Below are positions 17,051 through 24,961 of a stretch of DNA of 32,000 bases, piece after piece. The stretch covers positions 240,001 through 272,000 of the forward strand of contig LT962688.1 in the NCBI GenBank assembly GCA_900234795.1. The letters are read 5' to 3'. Under the pieces are notes generated by a model. That model worked only from the letters and a program-made list of their open reading frames with translations, was not told where the DNA came from and searched no databases. Numbering within the stretch: the stretch's first letter is position 1; every line of letters begins with the position of its first letter. The position numbers and the translations under genes are program-made. Source of the DNA: Methylorubrum extorquens (GTDB lineage Bacteria; Pseudomonadota; Alphaproteobacteria; Rhizobiales; Beijerinckiaceae).

Positions 17051-17317
17051 TCAGAATCGGCGGCAGCGAACCGCGTCGTCGGCCGGCGAGGCGTGCACGA
17101 CCTGTCCACCCGCCGCCTCGCAGGTCGAGCGGAACGAACGCTCGGAGCGATGGAAGCCCCAGATGGCGACCATCGGCGCGACCATGATGAACACGGTCAT
17201 GCCCATGATGAAGGCGGGAAACCAGTCCGGCATCCGCGGAGGTGATGGTGGCTCCGGCCGGATCGGCGGCATCGGTGCTAGAAAGGCCAGGAGCGGGAGC
17301 ACGTCCAAAACGCTCAT
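17051..17317 (-). CDS. Small hypothetical membrane protein downstream of the cytochrome gene
   Basis: One clear transmembrane segment (MPDWFPAFIMGMTVFIMVAPMVAIWGF). Third-position GC is good from the internal ATG onwards. No convincing RBS, and the start is ambiguous. Confidence 0.4.
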   Translation of the reverse strand: MSVLDVLPLLAFLAPMPPIRPEPPSPPRMPDWFPAFIMGMTVFIMVAPMVAIWGFHRSERSFRSTCEAAGGQVVHASPADDAVRCRRF

Positions 17318-17471
17318 GGTTCGGGCTCATTCGCTGGGGTGGCTCACGCCGTGGGAGAGCCACGGTTTCCGGATCGATCGAGGTTAACCAGCCCCAGCCG
17401 CGTCGGATCACCGCGAAACCCAATCCGGGCGATGCGTCGCAGCGGCGGCCTGGACCGAGGGAGGGTCGTGG

Positions 17472-19433
17472 TCATGGCACCGGCACAGGTTCGGTCAACC
17501 GGTTGACCGAGAGAAGATAGGCGACGAGATCCGCCTGCTCCTCGCCTGAAACTCCGGCCTCAGTATCGGCCCAGTAGGCGTGCCCCTCGCCCGTGACGCG
17601 CGCAGTGCGTGCCTTCGCTGAGGCCTTGTTCGCCGAAACGACCTTTGCGCGGAGGTTGCGATCGACCAGCGCCCGCAAGCTGTTGGCCGGATTGGGCGGG
17701 ATGCCCGCATCGAGCGTGCCTGGAACGCCGAGCTGCGCGTCACCGTCGGCACCGACCGCGACGCCGGAATCGTGGAGATAAGGTGCGCTCCAGGCCAGAC
17801 CGACGAGGTTCGGCACCTTGTAGCCGCCCCCGGTGCCGGCATGGGCCCAGGCAAGCTGCACCTGCTTGAGCGCATTGCCCCCTAGGGGGATCGGCACGAG
17901 TTTGGGATCGGGCGGAAGCGGGAAGGGCGTGTCGGTGGCAAAGATCGTCGGCGAGGCGAGGCGCGCTTCCATCCGGACGGTCGAGTGCGCGCGGCTCGGC
18001 TGCGTGCCGATCTCGTCCACGGGGATAACCCGATGATTGGTGAGCGCCGGCCCGGTATGGCAACCGGCGCAGCCAGCGCGCTCGAACACCGCCCGGCCGC
18101 TCTTCACCTGCTCGGCATCGAGGGAAGGCTCGGGCGCGCGCAACAGGTTCTGGAAAGCCGACATGGCGTTGTTGGCGTAGTTGGCCGGCTCCCCGGGGAC
18201 CGAGGCCAGCAGGCCATTGTCGGTCATGTAGTTGGTAGCGGGGAACGACGGCAGCACGGCGTAGCTATTGAGGCCCGGCGCCCCCGGCGTCGGATCGGCC
18301 GCCTCCAGCACATCCGTCGGGCGCTTACCCGATGCCGGATCGTAGCGCAGGGATGCGACCGCTGCGCCCTGCAGAACCGTGCCGAGATAGACCTGCGGAT
18401 CGAGCCCGAACAGCGTCTTGGCGGCTGTCGTCTGCTGGGTCGTGTCGGAATTGGCCGCGTGGACGTTGTTGTTCAGCGCCGACAGCCCTTTGAACGGGCC
18501 GATCCCGGCACGCCCGCTCCAGCTATAGGGCTCGCCGTAGGCCGAGAAACTCGACGGAATCGAGGTCGGATTGGTCTCGCGGTCGGCGGAAGAATCAAAG
18601 CTGCCAGCGGGCCAGCTCGCGACCTCTACCTTGGCCGCGGCCTCGAACCGGGCGGGATCGGGGAGGGCGCTCTTCGCACCGTCCTCGATTGTGACGCTGC
18701 GGGCCGGATCACCCGGATGGGCGGACGGGTCGGCGCTGCCATGCATGAAGTAGGCGGTCGCGTTGCTGGCGAGCGCCATCAGCAGACCGGCATTGAGATC
18801 GGTGTTGGGCGCGCCCTCCACCACCTTGCCCGATTGCGGATCGACCGCCGTGTGACAGAGCGCGCAGGTGATGCCCATGCGCAGATGTCCGCGGTCGTAG
18901 AAGGTACGGATGCCGAGGATGAAGGGGGAGCCGCGCGGCACGTCGAGGCCCGTCGGGACCAATTCGCCCGTCTTCCAGACCCGATCGCCCACGGTGACGT
19001 CGCGGGCCATGCGGACCTTCAGGTTGGTAGTGCCGGCACCGCCGAGCATGAGGATGGCGCGCGCCACCTCAAAGGGCGTCAGCCCCCCGTCGAGCATGCC
19101 CATCACGTCGGAGAGAAACACCTCGTTGCCGAACGTCTCGCGATAGAACGCCTCGCGACCCCGCCTCACCAGCGCGTCGTCGATCGCCACGGCGCCGCTC
19201 CCCGGCGACAGGGCGTTGCGTCCCTCCGGTGTGGCTTTCAGCCGCTCCGCCTCGTCCCGTGCGATGCGGCGGCCGAGGACGTCGAAAGCGGTCTCGATCG
19301 GAGAGCGTTCGGGATTGAGAAGGTCGCCTGCCTCCGGCATCGGCGCGTAACTGAAGCGGGCCAGGAAGCCGGCGACGAGAACGGTGCCGATGGCGGCCGC
19401 GGAAATCACGATTACCCGAAGTGGCCGACCCAT
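17472..19433 (-). CDS. Membrane-anchored di-haem c-type cytochrome (653 aa)
   Basis: N-terminal transmembrane segment (VIVISAAAIGTVLVAGFLA) and two CxxCH haem-binding motifs (GITCALCHTAV and RAGCAGCHTGP). The precise family cannot be assigned without a search. Confidence 0.85.
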   Translation of the reverse strand: MGRPLRVIVISAAAIGTVLVAGFLARFSYAPMPEAGDLLNPERSPIETAFDVLGRRIARDEAERLKATPEGRNALSPGSGAVAIDDALVRRGREAFYRETFGNEVFLSDVMGMLDGGLTPFEVARAILMLGGAGTTNLKVRMARDVTVGDRVWKTGELVPTGLDVPRGSPFILGIRTFYDRGHLRMGITCALCHTAVDPQSGKVVEGAPNTDLNAGLLMALASNATAYFMHGSADPSAHPGDPARSVTIEDGAKSALPDPARFEAAAKVEVASWPAGSFDSSADRETNPTSIPSSFSAYGEPYSWSGRAGIGPFKGLSALNNNVHAANSDTTQQTTAAKTLFGLDPQVYLGTVLQGAAVASLRYDPASGKRPTDVLEAADPTPGAPGLNSYAVLPSFPATNYMTDNGLLASVPGEPANYANNAMSAFQNLLRAPEPSLDAEQVKSGRAVFERAGCAGCHTGPALTNHRVIPVDEIGTQPSRAHSTVRMEARLASPTIFATDTPFPLPPDPKLVPIPLGGNALKQVQLAWAHAGTGGGYKVPNLVGLAWSAPYLHDSGVAVGADGDAQLGVPGTLDAGIPPNPANSLRALVDRNLRAKVVSANKASAKARTARVTGEGHAYWADTEAGVSGEEQADLVAYLLSVNRLTEPVPVP

Positions 19434-19720
19434 TACGAAGCACGATCCCCCTCACGACACGGTCGCGAAACTGCGCAGTTTCAACCGTGATCGCCGCCGC
19501 TCGTTCGACGCGACTGGAAAAAAAGAACGTGAGGCCGGCTTTCACACGGGCTCGACCGCGAGCGCCGTTGGATTTGGACCGCCTGCCTATTCGTCTGTAC
19601 GCCGATACGCTCTTTCGAGCCCTGATAATCTATGTTGGCGCAGGGGACGGCAAATCGCGAGACAAGTCCGGCGTTGGGGCACGAACCCACGCGCGCGTCC
19701 GTGACCAGCCACAGGACCTG

Positions 19721-20467
19721 ATGCCAAAGACGACCCTCGACGACTTCGCCTTGCACCCCGATGACGAGGTGCCGACGCTCCCTGCTGCTGTCCAGCAACG
19801 CCTCGGAGCGCTTCTCGCCGATGCCTATGCGCAGATGCCGGGGAATCCGGGTGTCGAAGCCGGTCGCTTCGACGCCTTGCTGGCCAGGCTGGAGACCGTC
19901 CTCGTCGCCCAGGAAGGGAAGGACGAGGAATCGTTCCGGTCCGCCATCATCGAGATGACGCCGCGCCTCTACAACTTCGCCATGTCGCTGACGAAGAACC
20001 CGTCGGCCGCCGACGACCTCGTGCAGGATACGTTCCTGCGGGCGTGGCGCAGCCGTGCGCGTTTCACCGTCGGCACCAACCTCGGCGCGTGGCTGTTCAC
20101 GATCATGCGCAACGCCTTCTACTCGCGCCACCGCAAGGAGGTGCGCGAGGTCGCCGACAGCGACGGCGATTATGCCGAGCGGCTCGCCGCGGCACCCGAG
20201 CAATCGGGCCATGTCGATCTGATGGATGCGCAGACCGCGCTCGCCAAGCTTCCCCTGCCGATGCGGCAGGCGTTGATCCTCGTGGCGATCGAGAACCTCA
20301 GCTACGAGGAGGCGGCGACCGTCATGAACTGCCGCATCGGCACGGTGAAGAGCCGGGTCTGGCGTGCCCGGGAGCAACTCGCGCAGATTCTCGGCTACAG
20401 CGCCGCCGATGTCGGCTCCGACAGCATGACGCTCTCCGCCGTCAGCGGCTCGACCTGGATGGCCTAA
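19721..20467 (+). CDS. ECF sigma factor, EcfG-like (ECF15-type), with a ~70-aa N-terminal extension
   Basis: Region 2: SFRSAIIEMTPRLYNFAMSLTKNPSAADDLVQDTFLRAWRSRARFTVGTNLGAWLFTIMRNAFYSRHRK. Region 4: LPLPMRQALILVAIENLSYEEAATVMNCRIGTVKSRVWRAREQL. ATG at 19721 with AGGA upstream. Between 19721 and region 2 the only in-frame starts are TTG, GTG, ATG (Met39) and TTG, all inside the extension. The next ATG lies within region 2 (IIEMTPRLY). Confidence 0.88.
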   Translation: MPKTTLDDFALHPDDEVPTLPAAVQQRLGALLADAYAQMPGNPGVEAGRFDALLARLETVLVAQEGKDEESFRSAIIEMTPRLYNFAMSLTKNPSAADDLVQDTFLRAWRSRARFTVGTNLGAWLFTIMRNAFYSRHRKEVREVADSDGDYAERLAAAPEQSGHVDLMDAQTALAKLPLPMRQALILVAIENLSYEEAATVMNCRIGTVKSRVWRAREQLAQILGYSAADVGSDSMTLSAVSGSTWMA

Positions 20468-20477
20468 AGCGCGGCCC

Positions 20478-20500
20478 GACGAAGCGGCCACCGCTTCGTC
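20478..20500 (+). terminator. Hairpin after the sigma-factor gene
   Basis: GACGAAGCGG-CCA-CCGCTTCGTC is a perfect 10-bp stem starting 11 nt after the stop. It is followed by AAAGAAG, so the U-tract is poor. A second hairpin, CCGACCTGA-GGCAA-TCAGGTCGG, lies at 20535-20557. Confidence 0.45.
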
Positions 20501-20584
20501 AAAGAAGACGCCTCAATACAAGGACCGATGGGCGCCGACCTGAGGCAATCAGGTCGGATACGTCTCTAGCCCCTCAGGATCGAA

Positions 20585-20607
20585 GGCGCCGAGCGCGGCT
20601 CGGCGCC
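20585..20607 (-). terminator. Hairpin after the class-II amidotransferase gene
   Basis: GGCGCCGAGC-GCG-GCTCGGCGCC is a perfect 10-bp stem lying 9 nt beyond the stop at 20616. The U-tract is weak. Confidence 0.4.
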
Positions 20608-20615
20608 GTGCCCGG

Positions 20616-21455
20616 TCACGCGCTCATCTGCATCTGCAGTTGCGGCAGGCGGGACGTGCGGGCGAGGCCGAACTCCTTCAGCGATACGACCTCGACCAGC
20701 GCGTCCTTACGGGCGATCACGACGCTGTTGTCCGGCACCGGGGTCCAGGTCGCGTGCTCCTTGTCCAACGGCTCCGAGACCACCACCACGCCATCCGCCG
20801 ATTGGCGGTAATACATGCTGTTGGCCGCATCGTTGGCGGCGTAACGGAAGGCGTAGAGGTCGCGTCCATCGGCAAGCGCCGCGGTGAAGCGGAACGGGTG
20901 CCCGCCCTCGATGCCGCCGACCAGTTCCGTCACCGCCGCGAGCGCCCGCGTCGTGGCGGTGATCGGGTCGCGCTTCACCTCCGAGGCCATCAAACCCTGG
21001 CCGAGGATCGCCAGGAACAGCGCCTCGGAATCGGTCGTGCCGTTGCGCGAGGGATAGAGCTCGTCCGGAATCAGCGCCTCGATCGGCCGGCGCAGCCGCG
21101 CCCAGTCGCCGATATAGCCGTTATGCATGAACAGCCACGGCCCGCAGGCAAAGGGGTGGCAGTTCGGCCGGGTGATCGGCGTGCCGGTCGCCGCCCGCAC
21201 ATGGGCGAAGAACAGGTGCGAGTGCAGGTGGCGGCAGATGTAGCGCAGGTTCTCGTCGGACCACGCCGGCTGCACCTCGCGGAAGCGGCCGGGTTCGGGA
21301 TGGTCGCCGTACCAGCCGAGGCCGAAGCCGTCGCCATTGGTGCTCGCGGTCGATTCGAGCGCCTTGATGCTCTGCGAGACCAGCGAATGCGCCGGTTCGG
21401 TCACGTAATGCTCGAGCGGGATCGTGCGGCCTCGATAGGCGATCCAGCGACACAT
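20616..21455 (-). CDS. Class-II (Ntn) glutamine amidotransferase, YafJ/EgtC-like
   Basis: Start chosen at ATG 21455 so that the protein begins MCRWIAYRG, with the catalytic Cys2 of Ntn amidotransferases. Further motifs: NGDGFGLGWY, HVRAATG, NCHPF, FMHNGYI. Confidence 0.88.
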   Translation of the reverse strand: MCRWIAYRGRTIPLEHYVTEPAHSLVSQSIKALESTASTNGDGFGLGWYGDHPEPGRFREVQPAWSDENLRYICRHLHSHLFFAHVRAATGTPITRPNCHPFACGPWLFMHNGYIGDWARLRRPIEALIPDELYPSRNGTTDSEALFLAILGQGLMASEVKRDPITATTRALAAVTELVGGIEGGHPFRFTAALADGRDLYAFRYAANDAANSMYYRQSADGVVVVSEPLDKEHATWTPVPDNSVVIARKDALVEVVSLKEFGLARTSRLPQLQMQMSA

Positions 21456-21610
21456 CGTTTGGGGTCTCCCGCAGCGTTCCAGCGCAGTGCGCATCGGCCA
21501 AGATCGTGGAGAATCCAAGATCGTGGTGGATCAACGTCACTGTGAGTGATGCCGCCCGCGCCGGCGAATTTCGGCGCGGCGGTTCATGCGGGCAACGCAG
21601 GAGCGGCGGA

Positions 21611-23380
21611 TCAGATGCCGTGCGATTGCAGCCACGCTTCGAGCAGCGCGACCTGCCAGAGTTTGGAATTGCCCTTCGGCGTCAGCGTTCCGTCGGGATC
21701 GGCGAGCAGGTGGTCGACGTACGTTCGGTTGAAAATACCGCGCTCGCGGGCGGCCGGACGGTCGAGAACGTCGCGCACGAACTCCATGAACGGCCCGCGG
21801 ATGTGCTTGAGGGCCGGGACCGGAAAGTAGCCCTTCGGCCGGTCGATCACCTCGGCCGGGACCACGGCGCGGGCGGCCTCCTTGAGGATGTACTTGCCGC
21901 CGTCGCGCACCTTCAGTTCGGCGGGGATGCGGGCGGCGAGTTCGACCAGTTCGTGATCGAGGAAGGGGACACGTGCCTCAAGCCCCCAGGCCATGGTCAT
22001 GTTGTCGACCCGCTTGACCGGATCGTCGACGAGCATGATCCGCTGATCGAGGTCGAGGGTCTTGTCGATGGCGCTCGCGCTCTGCGATTCGGCAAAGAAG
22101 CGGGCGATGAAGTCGCGGCTGTAATCCTCGTCCACGAAATCGGGTGTGAGCGCCTCGCGCATCTCCGCGTGGTCGCGATCGAAGTAAGCGTTCGCGTAAT
22201 CCGTCGTCGGGTCGGTCGATCCCATCAGCTTCGGATACCAGTGGTAGCCGCCGAACACCTCGTCGGCGCCCTGGCCGCTCTGGATCACCTTCACGTGCTT
22301 GGCGACCTCCTGCGACAGCAGAAGGAAGGCCACGGCGTCGTGGCTCATCTGCGGCTCGGCCATGGCATGGATCGCCGCCGGCAGGGCGTCCAGCGTGCGC
22401 GAGCCGTCCACGATGAGCTTGGCGTGGTCGGTCTCGAACCGCTCGGCGATGATGTCGGAATACTTGAACTCGTCGCCCTCGACGCCGTTCACCGCGTCGA
22501 AGCCGACCGAAAAGGTCTTGAGGCCGCTCTGACCGCTCTTGGCCAGCAGGGCGACGATCACCGAGGAATCGAGACCGCCCGACAGCAGCACGCCGGTCGG
22601 CACGTCGGCGATCTGACGGCGCGCGACCGCCGTGGTGAGCGAGTCGAGCACCGCTGCGCGCCAATCCGCCTCGGTCCTGTGGCGGTCCTCCTCGCGCGGA
22701 CCAACCACAAGCGACCAGTAGGTCTCTTCGCGGCGCGACCCATTGGGCTCGAACGTCAGCGTCGTAGCTGGGTGGACCTTCCGCACGCCCTTGAGGATCG
22801 TCAGCGGCGCCGGCACGCCGGCGTGCCAGCTCATGTAGTGGTGGAGCGCCACCTTATCGATCGTGGTGTCGACATCGCCCGCTGCGAGCAGGGCCGGCAG
22901 CGAGGAGGCGAAGCGGAAGCGCTTGCCGGTCTCGGCGTAGTAGAGTGGCTTGATGCCGAGCCGGTCGCGGGCGAGGGTGACCCGGCCCGTATCGCGTTCG
23001 TGGACGGCGAAGACGAACATGCCGAGGAAGCGCTTCACGCAATCCCGGCCCCAGGCGTGGAACGCCTTGAGCACCACCTCGGTGTCGCTGGTCGAGAAGA
23101 AGCGGTAGCCCTTGCCGACGAGCTCCTCGCGAAGGTCCTTGTAGTTGTAGATACAGCCGTTGAAGACGACCGAAAGCCCGAGCTCAGCATCGACCATCGG
23201 CTGCTGGCCGGCTTCCGACAGGTCGATGATCTTCAGGCGGCAATGGCCGAACAGGACGCCGCCCTGGCCATGGAGCCCGCCGGCATCGGGACCGCGGGGG
23301 CGCAGAACCTCCATCATCGCCCGCACGGCGTTCGGATCGGCTGTCCCGCCGAAATTGATCTCTCCGCAGATCCCGCACAT
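21611..23380 (-). CDS. Asparagine synthase-family glutamine amidotransferase (AsnO/AsnB-like)
   Basis: 589 aa. MCGICGE (Cys2), HCRLKIIDLS, VFNGCIYNY, SGGLDSS (PP-loop), ...GADEVFGGY. The sequence strongly resembles the AsnO type linked to N-acetylglutaminylglutamine amide synthesis. No ngg-like gene is adjacent. Confidence 0.92.
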   Translation of the reverse strand: MCGICGEINFGGTADPNAVRAMMEVLRPRGPDAGGLHGQGGVLFGHCRLKIIDLSEAGQQPMVDAELGLSVVFNGCIYNYKDLREELVGKGYRFFSTSDTEVVLKAFHAWGRDCVKRFLGMFVFAVHERDTGRVTLARDRLGIKPLYYAETGKRFRFASSLPALLAAGDVDTTIDKVALHHYMSWHAGVPAPLTILKGVRKVHPATTLTFEPNGSRREETYWSLVVGPREEDRHRTEADWRAAVLDSLTTAVARRQIADVPTGVLLSGGLDSSVIVALLAKSGQSGLKTFSVGFDAVNGVEGDEFKYSDIIAERFETDHAKLIVDGSRTLDALPAAIHAMAEPQMSHDAVAFLLLSQEVAKHVKVIQSGQGADEVFGGYHWYPKLMGSTDPTTDYANAYFDRDHAEMREALTPDFVDEDYSRDFIARFFAESQSASAIDKTLDLDQRIMLVDDPVKRVDNMTMAWGLEARVPFLDHELVELAARIPAELKVRDGGKYILKEAARAVVPAEVIDRPKGYFPVPALKHIRGPFMEFVRDVLDRPAARERGIFNRTYVDHLLADPDGTLTPKGNSKLWQVALLEAWLQSHGI

Positions 23381-23430
23381 CGCCGCCAGCCGCCCTCGTC
23401 TCGTCCTCGGTCATTGAACCTGAGCGACAG

Positions 23431-23455
23431 AACCGAGTCGCGCCCGGCGCGTTCC
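23431..23455 (-). promoter_or_regulatory. Candidate ECF (EcfG-type) promoter upstream of the asnO-like gene
   Basis: The minus strand reads GGAAC (23455-23451), a 16-nt spacer, then GGTT (23434-23431). This is equivalent to GGAAC-N17-GTT, close to the reported EcfG consensus GGAAC-N16/17-CGTT. It lies about 50-75 nt upstream of ATG 23380. Pattern match only. Confidence 0.35.
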
Positions 23456-23603
23456 ATGCCGCCTGCGAAACCCTCACCTTTGTTCGATTCCACACGGTGA
23501 GGTCGCTTCGGGTGTCGTAGCCAAGCGATTCCCGCGCCACGTGCGATGCCCCCGTCGGCAGCCGTCCAACGAAGGGATCACCGTCGGACCGCGTGCCGAA
23601 AGC

Positions 23604-24248
23604 TCAGGCCGGCAGCGCCAGTCCCTCGCGGGCGAAGACGGCGCGCACCGCAGGGCGCTCGGCCATGCGGCGGGCATGCGCCGTCCAGGCCGGGAAGAGC
23701 GCGGGCATATCGAAGCCGATCGTCGGGCCGCGGGCCCAAACCCAGAACACCAGGAGATAGGCATCGACGACGCTGTAGCGCTCGCCGAGCGCCCAGCCGC
23801 CGTTGGAGAGACGTACCTCGGTCATGGTGCAGAGATCGCCGAACGTGTCGGCACCCTTCGCACGAATTTCCGGGAAGGCGGCCTCGTCGGCGCTGTAGCG
23901 TTCGGGCCGGCGGACATGGGCGTAGGCGATGTGATGCCCGGTCGAGAGCCACGCCATCCACTCGTCGGCCACCGCCTGCCCGCGCCGATCCTCCGGCAGC
24001 AAGCCGGCCTCCGGATGGGAGCGGGCGAGGTGGCGAAGGATCGCGGCGTTCTCGGTGAGCACCCAGCCCTCCTCGTAGAGGGCCGGTACGCGTCCGCGCT
24101 CGTTGACCGCGAGATATTCCGGCGCCCGCTGGTCGCCCCTGGCGAGGTCGAGGCGAATGGTCTCGTAGGGCGCGCCGATCTCCTCCAGCACGATGTGGGA
24201 GGCGAGCGAGCAGGCGCCGGGGGCGTAGTAGAGGGTGCGGGCGGTCAT
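23604..24248 (-). CDS. Glutathione S-transferase
   Basis: Start at ATG 24248. Translation MTARTLYYAPGACSLASHIVLEEIGAPYETIRLDL...ERGRVPALYEEGWVLTENAAILRHLA has a typical GST N-terminal thioredoxin-like fold, followed by a helical C-terminal domain. Confidence 0.9.
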   Translation of the reverse strand: MTARTLYYAPGACSLASHIVLEEIGAPYETIRLDLARGDQRAPEYLAVNERGRVPALYEEGWVLTENAAILRHLARSHPEAGLLPEDRRGQAVADEWMAWLSTGHHIAYAHVRRPERYSADEAAFPEIRAKGADTFGDLCTMTEVRLSNGGWALGERYSVVDAYLLVFWVWARGPTIGFDMPALFPAWTAHARRMAERPAVRAVFAREGLALPA

Positions 24249-24310
24249 GGGCTTCTTATCGCTGCGGACGACGCCTCCCGAAGAATAGCGCCGTCCGCGG
24301 AAACGCCCAG

Positions 24311-24855
24311 TTACAGCGGCTCCGCGCCGCGCCCCATCGCGGCGATGCCGGTGCGGGAGATCTCCACGAGGCCGATCACGCTGAGCAGGCGGATGAAGCG
24401 GTCGATTTCCTCCGTCGAGCCGGTCAGCTCGAACACGAAGGAGTTCAGCGTGGCATCGAGGGTGCGGGCGCCGAAGGCGGAGGCAAGGCGTAGGGCCTCG
24501 CTCCGGTGCTCGCCGGTGCCGGCCACCTTCACGAGGCACAGCTCGCGCTCCAGCGCCTGCCCCTGAAGCGTCAGATCGACGACGCGGTGCACCGGCACGA
24601 GGCGGTCGAGCTGCGCCTTGATCTGGTCGATCACGGCGTTGGTGCCGGTGGTGACGATGGTGATGCGCGAGAGAGGTGGCGCGCCTCTTCCGTCTCAGAG
24701 ACCGTCAGGCTCTCGATGTTGTAGCCGCGGCCGGAGAACAGGCCGGCGATGCGGGCCAGCGCACCGGGCTCGTTGTCCACGACCACCGCGAGGGTATGGC
24801 GGTTGACGCTCTCGATCCGCGTGGGCTCGGGGTAGTGGGTGTTCATCGCATTCAT
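24311..24855 (-). CDS. ilvH: Acetolactate synthase small (regulatory) subunit, frame-disrupted as sequenced near 24665-24669
   Basis: ORF 24631..24855 gives the N-terminal ACT region ([44 protein letters not shown]). ORF 24311..24634, and its frame upstream, gives [31 protein letters not shown]...[17 protein letters not shown]. Deleting GC from TCGCGCATC restores ...[11 protein letters not shown]..., as in homologues. Confidence 0.88.
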
Positions 24856-24961
24856 TTCGTCGCGTCCCTCAACTTGATCTTCTTACGATCTCACCTGCGC
24901 CACCTCAGGTCGGCACTCGAGTGCTGGACCCGCCTGCCGATGGCATGATACCGGCCGCGCC

